Below are positions 53,525 to 61,451 of a stretch of 64,000 bases of DNA, one piece after another; position 1 is the first letter of the stretch, and the number at the start of each line of letters is the position of its first letter. The stretch is from Patescibacteria group bacterium. GTDB taxonomy: Bacteria > Patescibacteriota > Microgenomatia > Levybacterales > UBA12049. The notes beneath the pieces were generated by a model. That model was given only the letters and a program-made list of their open reading frames with translations. It made no database searches and was not told the DNA's origin. The position numbers and the translations under genes were made by a program. The stretch lies in contig JBBTXS010000001.1 of NCBI GenBank assembly GCA_038062115.1, positions 10,607 to 74,606 on the forward strand. The letters are read 5' to 3'.

Positions 53525-54216
53525 AAGTCGGGAACGATTACTTTATCTCGTTTTCCAATAATGCGAGGGGGTAATCCGGCCACGATATTGTAGGGCTCAA
53601 TTTTATTTTTAATAACAGTATTAGCACCAACTATCGCACCTTCTCCAATGTATGCTCCGGGAAGTAAAACAGCTCCTGTGCCGACACAGGAATCTTTTTC
53701 AAGTACAATTTCTTTAGAATAGAATGCTTTGTATTCTTCTGGAATCATAGGACCGCTCATACGTTTTCCACCATATGGCCGTTCGCTATTGGCATAGATT
53801 TTAGCTGAAGCTCCAATACCTACATAATCATGTATTATCACCTTTTCTCGTGCAGCAATAATAGCATAGGGCGCAATATGAACTCTTTTTCCTATTTGTA
53901 TTTCCCCTAACATTGCTTCAATACGGCATCCCATATCTATCCAAGTATAATCATCGATTGAAATATTTTTAGTTCCATTCAAAAAAACTCCAACATCAAT
54001 AAGCACATTTTTACCCATTCTTTTGAGCATTGTTTTATAGTACAAATACCGCAAGCTGTATCCAAAACCTCCAGGAATATAGCGAATAAACATCTCAAAA
54101 ATAGAAAGGAAGGATTTTAAAATAAGTATTACTATGTATCGGATCGGAATTTTTTCGCCTTTAATAAATTTAGCAAAGGCTTGGTATTCTATATCGTACG
54201 GAGACTTATTCTTCAT
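53521..54216 (-). CDS. Hexapeptide-repeat (LbH) O-acetyltransferase with N-terminal membrane segment
   Basis: Hexapeptide repeats (IGKRVHIAPYAII, VGIGASAKI, VGTGAVLLPGAYIGEGAIVGANTVI) follow one hydrophobic helix. Confidence 0.75.
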   Translation of the reverse strand: MKNKSPYDIEYQAFAKFIKGEKIPIRYIVILILKSFLSIFEMFIRYIPGGFGYSLRYLYYKTMLKRMGKNVLIDVGVFLNGTKNISIDDYTWIDMGCRIEAMLGEIQIGKRVHIAPYAIIAAREKVIIHDYVGIGASAKIYANSERPYGGKRMSGPMIPEEYKAFYSKEIVLEKDSCVGTGAVLLPGAYIGEGAIVGANTVIKNKIEPYNIVAGLPPRIIGKRDKVIVPDL

Positions 54217-54317
54217 AAGTGTGCTATCTCCAAGGTAATTTTACCAGAAAACGGAGATTATAGACAGAAAGGAATTATCTTACGGTTTTGGTTCAGGAGG
54301 TAGAATTTTACTTTGGT

Positions 54318-55292
54318 TCATTTTTCAACTGACACATATATCCATTCTGCTGTAAATGATCTAGCAGTTGCTAGAGGATTTTGCTTTTTAAGTTTCCTAA
54401 AAAACTCATGAGATGCCTTTGTTATTATAGTGTCTCTGTCTTGTTCTTCTTTTCTTGGTGCATCCTTGCCTCCAATCTCTGGCAAAATGCCCGCCTGTAA
54501 ACGTTTAATTCTTACAAATCTTAGCCAATCTTTATATTTTACTTTTATCTGTTTATATGTTACTTTCTCGTTTTTAAAACCGACAGATTTTAAGATCTTT
54601 AAATAATATTCAATTGGTCGGGGAGTGGGAAAAATAAATATGCGTTGCTGAATTTGTTTTTCGATTCGTTTATCAAGACTATTTTTATATTTATTGAATT
54701 TTTTATCAGTACGTATAATTTCAATGGCAATATCATGGATTTTATTTACTGAATCATCAATCATTAAAACCCCACGATTTCTTGGAGCGCGGATAATGTT
54801 GCCGCTTTGAAAAGTAAAAGTTCCGTGATTTTTTAAGGCTGCATAAATACCCTTAAATGCCTCTTTTATATTTGGTATGAGATGAACAGTATTTGCGGAT
54901 ACCACATGGTCCACAGAATTTTTTCCAATTGTTTCATCAAGTGCCGTATATCCATCAACTTTTTTTTCCAAAAGAAAAAAAGAAACATTTTTATTTAAGT
55001 GAAATATTTCGTATGCTTTTGTTAACCAAGAGGGTGAGTTGTCTACAAGTAATAATTTGAAATTTGTTTTTAAATATTTTAATAAATATATGCTTGATGT
55101 GCCGGTTCCAGCTCCATAATCAACCACAATATCGCTATTTTTTATTTTTTTCCCCACAATTTTTATTAATTCCTTGATATTTTCTTTATGCCAAGAGGCA
55201 TTTACAACAGCATTATGATAGGCGATTGCGCCGTTGGATAGAGGTCGACTTGGTTTCCATGTTGAATATCGCACTAAATTTTTTTGGGTCAT
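54318..55292 (-). CDS. Class I SAM-dependent methyltransferase
   Basis: VVDYGAGTGTSS is motif I and LLVDNSP is the acidic motif II. Confidence 0.7.
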   Translation of the reverse strand: MTQKNLVRYSTWKPSRPLSNGAIAYHNAVVNASWHKENIKELIKIVGKKIKNSDIVVDYGAGTGTSSIYLLKYLKTNFKLLLVDNSPSWLTKAYEIFHLNKNVSFFLLEKKVDGYTALDETIGKNSVDHVVSANTVHLIPNIKEAFKGIYAALKNHGTFTFQSGNIIRAPRNRGVLMIDDSVNKIHDIAIEIIRTDKKFNKYKNSLDKRIEKQIQQRIFIFPTPRPIEYYLKILKSVGFKNEKVTYKQIKVKYKDWLRFVRIKRLQAGILPEIGGKDAPRKEEQDRDTIITKASHEFFRKLKKQNPLATARSFTAEWIYVSVEK

Positions 55293-55315
55293 TTTGGGTT
55301 ATAATACTATAGTTT

Positions 55316-55585
55316 ATGCGTTTTAATAAATCAACACATATAAAGATTCTGATTGAAGCGCTTTTCTACTTTTCTATAGAAGTCTTATTAACCCTTTTTT
55401 TCAGGAAAATTAGAAACCTATTTCCTATTCCTACAATAGGAGAAAATAAAATAGTTGGATACGCGCAGTACTTTGGCTATCCCTTTTATTTCGATAACTT
55501 CGTATTTTTTCTATTTATTATTTCTCCTTTACTTTTATTATCCATAGTCACGGTAAGAAGAAAAATTTTCAAAATAAAAACATGA
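55316..55585 (+). CDS. Hypothetical small membrane protein
   Basis: An 89-aa ORF with two hydrophobic helices. An ATGA overlap joins it to the next gene. Confidence 0.35.
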   Translation: MRFNKSTHIKILIEALFYFSIEVLLTLFFRKIRNLFPIPTIGENKIVGYAQYFGYPFYFDNFVFFLFIISPLLLLSIVTVRRKIFKIKT

Positions 55586-57561
55586 TTATTAAAAATAAAT
55601 CTTTATTCTTTCAAGCAATTATAATTTTTTTATTTTTCTGTGTTTTAGCGATTGTTACCTTTAAAGGGTATTGTAAGGTATATAAAAATTATAATTTTGA
55701 TACCCAAGCGCTTTTAACATGGGATTATTCTTCATATAAAGGTCTTCTTCCATATAAAGACACATTTTATCCTTATGGACTTCTTCCGTACTACGAAAAT
55801 ACCCTCCCTTTTTTTCAATTGATTTCTTTTTTTATTGGGCCAATTTTATATACTTTATTTTTTATCGTCATTATGAAAGTCTGGCAAGACAAGCTGTATG
55901 CTCTATTAATTTTTATACTTTTTTATTTTTTTATCGAAAAATTTATAGGACATGACGTGTTTAATCGGTATGGGATAATTACTATTTTAGCATGTATAAC
56001 AGCATATTTATTTTTAAGAAACAGCTATTTGCCATCTAAAATTACCCTTGTACTTGGAGTAGCTACAGGACTAATATTTTCTTTGGTGAATGATCAGGGA
56101 ACGTACGGGGTTTTAATAGTTACTCTATTTATACTTTTTAATCCGATAATAAAGTACGGCTTTAGAAACATATTCTCAAGAAATTATTACAAAAATACAG
56201 GTAAATCAATAATTGTTTTCTCTTTGGGTATAATAATAGGACTAATTCCTTTTGCAGTATATTTAACTTATAACAATATTTTATATGATTTTTATGTCTC
56301 ATTTATAAGATTATCAGATAGCGCTTTATATGCTAAAACTCCATTTTTTCCTTATTCACGATCTCCTGAAAATTTATTTACATTTGTATCAATTTTTCTG
56401 ACAATTTTTTACATCACTTACAATAAGTTTTTTAGAAAAATTGATTTTAATTTTATATTTTACTTACAGTTAGGCTTAATATCTGTTTTGATACTTCTTG
56501 AACAGAAAAGTTTAATTCGTTCAATTTCAGAACAAATTACTTTTATATCATTTCTTCTTTTTATGCTGCTTTTTTACGATTTTAGAAAGTTTTTAGAAAA
56601 ACTGAAGGTACCAAGTCTATCTATTTTAATTTGTTCTTCGATACTTGGAATATTTATTCTTTACAGAATACCATTTAAGCACTTTAATACTGAATATAAT
56701 TTAGCCAATCTAGATCCGAAAGCGTGTCTTAATAAAAACGTAAATAATTTATTAAGTAGTAAAAATGAATATGGTTTAGTTAAACAAAGAATTGAGAAAG
56801 ACTTAAATTATAAAGGAAAGATATTTAGCTTTCCTGGCGATCCAATTTTTTATATACTTAATAAGCAAAAGCCGCCCTATTATTCTAATGTCTATGATTC
56901 TTCTTCTCTTATTGCTCAAGAGAAACAGGTTAGGTATATAAAAGAAAGAGGCATACAATACATTATATATAATAAAAAAGTATTGGCTGTACAAGATGGT
57001 GTTCCGGATTTTATTAGGGGAAATTTTGAATTAAGATTTATACTAAATAATTTTACTCCAGTTAATAAAATTGGTGATTTCCTGTTGCTTAAAAAAGATT
57101 CAGGAAAAGATTTTTTTAAAGAAAGGTTTCTCGATACAGTTCCTAAATTTAAAAAGTATTTATTACAAGTTGATTTTGCTTTTATTCCAAAATCAGAAGG
57201 CTTGTATAAGAAACGTTTTTTAAATAATATTAATAATCTAGTTTTACAAAAAAGTACAGTACGAAATATTAATTCATTTTTAACCAACAAATCTGTAGGC
57301 TCAGACAATACTGTTCTTGTTGTGTGGGGAAGTAATGTTGGTCAAAAAGGTGACAGGGCATGGATTACTTTGAAAACTAAAGATAATTTAGAGACAACAA
57401 TATATTTCTATAAATGCACTAACAGAAAGCCGTGTATTATAAATTTGTCACGTTTACCTTTATTTTACAAAAATAGGATAATAGAAAAGATTATAGTAAA
57501 TTCAAGCTTTAATGATTTAATAGAGATGAGAAACAGCTCTAATGATAATACATTATGGTAA
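55582..57561 (+). CDS. Hypothetical polytopic membrane protein with C-terminal soluble domain
   Basis: About 350 aa of TM helices are followed by ~280 aa of hydrophilic sequence. The coding sequence is extremely AT-rich. I recognise no family. Confidence 0.5.
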   Translation: MIIKNKSLFFQAIIIFLFFCVLAIVTFKGYCKVYKNYNFDTQALLTWDYSSYKGLLPYKDTFYPYGLLPYYENTLPFFQLISFFIGPILYTLFFIVIMKVWQDKLYALLIFILFYFFIEKFIGHDVFNRYGIITILACITAYLFLRNSYLPSKITLVLGVATGLIFSLVNDQGTYGVLIVTLFILFNPIIKYGFRNIFSRNYYKNTGKSIIVFSLGIIIGLIPFAVYLTYNNILYDFYVSFIRLSDSALYAKTPFFPYSRSPENLFTFVSIFLTIFYITYNKFFRKIDFNFIFYLQLGLISVLILLEQKSLIRSISEQITFISFLLFMLLFYDFRKFLEKLKVPSLSILICSSILGIFILYRIPFKHFNTEYNLANLDPKACLNKNVNNLLSSKNEYGLVKQRIEKDLNYKGKIFSFPGDPIFYILNKQKPPYYSNVYDSSSLIAQEKQVRYIKERGIQYIIYNKKVLAVQDGVPDFIRGNFELRFILNNFTPVNKIGDFLLLKKDSGKDFFKERFLDTVPKFKKYLLQVDFAFIPKSEGLYKKRFLNNINNLVLQKSTVRNINSFLTNKSVGSDNTVLVVWGSNVGQKGDRAWITLKTKDNLETTIYFYKCTNRKPCIINLSRLPLFYKNRIIEKIIVNSSFNDLIEMRNSSNDNTLW

Positions 57562-57570
57562 GGATTCAAA

Positions 57571-59424
57571 ATGTATAGTATTGACAGACTTTTTTTAAAT
57601 ATTGTTGATAATTACAAATTTCTTAGAGCAGATTACGTAAGCATTACGTTTAATATTATTGGGATAATGCATGTTATAGTAAATTTTTTGTTAGCAATAA
57701 GTCTTATTCTAATCTTTTATTTAATTGGTAAAAAAATAAGGTTATTAATTATTAAAGAAAACTTTGGCAATCTAGAACATTTTATAAATATTGCGTTGGG
57801 TTACATTTTGGTTGGAACTGGTATCGCAATATTAGGCGCGTTATCTCTGTTACATGCTCGAATCCTATTTACGTATATAGTAATCTTAGTAATTATTGCA
57901 TTACACCCTCTTAGCAAACTCAAAGACACTCTAAAAGATCTTTTTGATGTAATTAATAAATCGAATGTATATTTTAATAGAGATAAATGGATTTATATTG
58001 GAATTTTTGTTTTTATTCTGATTTCTTTTTTACGATTAATTCCTCCAGAGATAGGTGAAGACGCAGTGGGCTATCATACAGATTTACCTCTTATTTATCT
58101 AAAATCCCATACCATGATGTTAGACTCTAAGGAGATACAACGGGTTCTTCCCATTCCTCAGCTAGGCGAAATGGTTTATGTGATTACACAATTTCTAGGA
58201 GTTAAAGATGCCTCAAGATATGTTCACTTTATGTTTTATGTTCTTGTAGTTATGCTTCTTTGCTACATAGGAAGCAATAAAAAAACTAATTTTTTGGGGA
58301 TGTATGCTCCAGTATTATTTGTGTCTGCTCCAGTTATTATCCGCCACGCATCAATTGCAAACGTTGATTTTCAGGCGCTGTTTTTATGGCTGCTATCTGT
58401 TTTTTTAATTGTTAGTGAAAAAAAATATACAATGCGTAGCGTAATGCTTTCTGGATTTTTTTTTGGTGGAGGATTGTCAACTAAACTGTGGGAAGTAGCT
58501 TTCTCTCCAATATTTTTCTTATATTTTTTCTTTACCAAGAAACACAAATTGTACTACTTTAAACTAGGTATGGTATTCTTATTTTTTGCCTTCCTAGTTT
58601 CCTGTATTTGGTACATAAGAGCTTACATAATTACTGGCAATCCAGTATTTCCAGCTTTTTCTTATGTTTCAGACGACAAAGCCATAGACAAGATTACGTT
58701 GTTTAACTATATAGGTATCAATAGGTTGTTGTTTTCTTATTCTAATTTAGTAGTCTTTAGTCCATTATTTTTTTTAGGAATCATTTTTTTGTTGTGTCGT
58801 ATATCCTATGTTATAAAACGATTAAAACGTTCGGGGGTTTTTTTATTTTTTATTTTACTTAGTATTGAACACCTTTTTATTTATTATTATTTGCCGAGGT
58901 ATTTGTTAAATTTGTACTCAGTTTCTATGCTCATTGTTTCAAGTGGAATACATCAATTTATTGTATATAGCAAAATGGGAAAATATATCTTCTGCATCGT
59001 ATTTTTGACTCTATTTTTTTACTATTTTCTAAATACACTTTTTATATTGCCGTATGGTTTTGGTTGGGCAGATAAAAATAAGTATCTTACGAGAATCTTT
59101 GCAAAGGATAGCTCTAGTTATTATGATTTTGATGGATTATTTGATAAGCATCTCTCAAAAAAAGATCTCGTTGCTGTATACAGGCTTGCCGGATTTTATT
59201 ATGCAAATTTTGAATATATAGACATAGGTTACATTTTCGATAAGAACCATAGATCTTTTGATTTATTAAGAAAAAAAGGGGTAACAAAATTGATTGTATT
59301 TGGTGGAGACACAGAATGGTTTTGTAAACAATTAAAACTAACAGGATGCGATCCAAGCAAGTACAGTCTTCTTGCAAGTTATCTACCAGGACTTAGGTAT
59401 TTATATTCCATAAATGAAAAATAA
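57571..59424 (+). CDS. Polytopic membrane protein, GT-C-like (tentative)
   Basis: The protein has more than 12 TM helices. An acidic first-loop motif PPEIGEDAVGYH is reminiscent of GT-C catalytic loops. A C-terminal soluble domain follows. Confidence 0.5.
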   Translation: MYSIDRLFLNIVDNYKFLRADYVSITFNIIGIMHVIVNFLLAISLILIFYLIGKKIRLLIIKENFGNLEHFINIALGYILVGTGIAILGALSLLHARILFTYIVILVIIALHPLSKLKDTLKDLFDVINKSNVYFNRDKWIYIGIFVFILISFLRLIPPEIGEDAVGYHTDLPLIYLKSHTMMLDSKEIQRVLPIPQLGEMVYVITQFLGVKDASRYVHFMFYVLVVMLLCYIGSNKKTNFLGMYAPVLFVSAPVIIRHASIANVDFQALFLWLLSVFLIVSEKKYTMRSVMLSGFFFGGGLSTKLWEVAFSPIFFLYFFFTKKHKLYYFKLGMVFLFFAFLVSCIWYIRAYIITGNPVFPAFSYVSDDKAIDKITLFNYIGINRLLFSYSNLVVFSPLFFLGIIFLLCRISYVIKRLKRSGVFLFFILLSIEHLFIYYYLPRYLLNLYSVSMLIVSSGIHQFIVYSKMGKYIFCIVFLTLFFYYFLNTLFILPYGFGWADKNKYLTRIFAKDSSSYYDFDGLFDKHLSKKDLVAVYRLAGFYYANFEYIDIGYIFDKNHRSFDLLRKKGVTKLIVFGGDTEWFCKQLKLTGCDPSKYSLLASYLPGLRYLYSINEK

Positions 59425-59447
59425 TGTAAAATTATTACTAATTACAC

Positions 59448-60719
59448 ATGAGGTATAAAAACTTAAAGACTAAAGTTAAACGATTAAAGAATGATCATTA
59501 TAGGACCGTAAGAGCGTGCAGATCTTGTAAGTCTAATAAGCTTGTCGATATTTTGTCTTTAGGTGATCATTATTTATCCGATTTTACAAAGACTAACAAA
59601 GAACCTAAAAAATATCCCCTTTGCTTAATACTTTGCGAAACATGTAATTTACTCCAGCTTAAACACACAGCTCCGCAATCATCTCTTTATACAGAAAGAT
59701 ACGGTTATAAATCTGGAATCAATAATACTATGAAAAAAGAATTAAAAGAAATTGTAGAAAAGTCACTTAAAAAAGTTAAGGATCAAGGGTTTAAAGCATT
59801 AATCGCAGTTGATATAGGCGCAAACGATGGAACATTGTTAAGTTATTATCCAAAGCATATAGTAAGAGTTGGGGTTGAGCCAATTAGAAAATTTGCAAAG
59901 GAATGCGAACAACATGCAGATTTTGTTATAAATAATTTTTTTAATTATAGATCATATATACAAAAAGTAAAGAATAAAAAAGCTCATATAATAACTGCCA
60001 TATCTTGTTTTTACGATATTGACAATCCCAATCAATTTGTTTCTGATGTAAAAAAAATTTTGCATAAACGTGGAGTTTTTGTTGTTCAGCAAAATTATCT
60101 TGTAGAAATGCTAAGACAAAATGCTTTTGATAATATCTTACACGAACATCTTGGTTATTATTCTCTAAAATCGCTTGAAAATTTACTAAATAGACATAAC
60201 TTAGCCGTCTTTGACGTAGAGAAAAGCCCAATAAATGGAGGAAGCTTTAGAACCTATATCTCTCATAAAAATAGTAGACTCGTTGAGGAATCCGTTAAGC
60301 GATTAAGAGAGCATGAAAAGAGCTTTAAGCTTAATGAAATTAAAATATATAAAAATTTTGCCAATAGAATAAAAAAGAACAGGAACAATTTATATAAATT
60401 TATAGTAAATCTTGTGAAAAAGAATAAAAAAGTATATATTTATGGAGCATCTACGCGGGGTAATACGCTATTGCAATTTTGTAATTTAGATAAAAGCCTA
60501 ATTAGCGCCGCAGTTGAGAGAAATTCAGAAAAATGGGGCAAAAAAATTGCCTCTGTTGCTATACCAATTATATCTGAAGAACAAGCGCGGTTAGAAAACC
60601 CTGATTATATGTTAGTTTTACCATGGTTTTTTAAGGAAGAATTTTTAAAAAGAGAACAAGATTATCTTAAAAAAGGAGGACATTTTATCTTTCCATTACC
60701 CACTCTAGAAATTATTTAA
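59448..60719 (+). CDS. NDP-sugar C-methyltransferase, TcaB9/TylCIII-like (paralogue 3)
   Basis: The 4-Cys motif is CRSC...CETC, with SAM motif AVDIGANDGT and YGASTRGNT in the C-terminal domain. Confidence 0.7.
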   Translation: MRYKNLKTKVKRLKNDHYRTVRACRSCKSNKLVDILSLGDHYLSDFTKTNKEPKKYPLCLILCETCNLLQLKHTAPQSSLYTERYGYKSGINNTMKKELKEIVEKSLKKVKDQGFKALIAVDIGANDGTLLSYYPKHIVRVGVEPIRKFAKECEQHADFVINNFFNYRSYIQKVKNKKAHIITAISCFYDIDNPNQFVSDVKKILHKRGVFVVQQNYLVEMLRQNAFDNILHEHLGYYSLKSLENLLNRHNLAVFDVEKSPINGGSFRTYISHKNSRLVEESVKRLREHEKSFKLNEIKIYKNFANRIKKNRNNLYKFIVNLVKKNKKVYIYGASTRGNTLLQFCNLDKSLISAAVERNSEKWGKKIASVAIPIISEEQARLENPDYMLVLPWFFKEEFLKREQDYLKKGGHFIFPLPTLEII

Positions 60720-61451
60720 TAAGTGCATTTTTATATTAGTTATTTTTAACCTTAAAACTGTAAAAAACGCTTCTTTTAACTCTTTTAAGTTTAGATTTGA
60801 ACGATTTATGTCAACTGGTATAAAATCTATTGGAATCTCCGCAAAACTAAAACCTTTTTTATAAATTTGGTTTGCAATTTCCGTAAGAACAATAAAACCA
60901 TTGGATGCAACTAAATTAAAGTCGATTGTTTCAAGAACGTATCTTCTGTAGCACCTAAAACCGCTTGTATTATCGGTTAATGAAATACCTAACATAAATT
61001 TAATCCATAGATTGGCAAAGCGGCTTATTAGTCTTCTTTTTAAGCTCCATTTGATTATTTGTGAAGAGACCATATACCTAGAAGCAACTACCACGTCATA
61101 TTTTTTTGCTTTTTCTATTAATCTTGGTAGGTCATTTGGATTATGAACTAAATCAGCATCCATTTCTATAAATAAAGCTGCCTTTTTATCCTTGAGAGCT
61201 TCTTTGAACCCTCTAACAACAGCCGATCCTCTTCCGCCTTTTGATTTTCTAACAATAACATTTATTCTTTTGTTTCCTAGAAAATTTTTATTTATTATTT
61301 GCGCTGTTTTATCGGGAGAGTTGTCGTCAACTACTAAGATTTTTGCATTTGGTACATTATTTAATGTTCCCAATAGAACCTTTATTATCGAACCTTTTGC
61401 ATTATAAGTTGGTACTACTATGATAATATTTTTGTCCTTCGATTTTATCAT
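60705..61451 (-). CDS. GT2 polyprenol-phosphate glycosyltransferase (DPM1/CsbB-like)
   Basis: IIVVPTYNAKGS, VVDDNSPDKT, GRGSA and MDADL are present. It overlaps the YfhO-like gene upstream by 4 nt. Confidence 0.8.
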   Translation of the reverse strand: MIKSKDKNIIIVVPTYNAKGSIIKVLLGTLNNVPNAKILVVDDNSPDKTAQIINKNFLGNKRINVIVRKSKGGRGSAVVRGFKEALKDKKAALFIEMDADLVHNPNDLPRLIEKAKKYDVVVASRYMVSSQIIKWSLKRRLISRFANLWIKFMLGISLTDNTSGFRCYRRYVLETIDFNLVASNGFIVLTEIANQIYKKGFSFAEIPIDFIPVDINRSNLNLKELKEAFFTVLRLKITNIKMHLLNNF

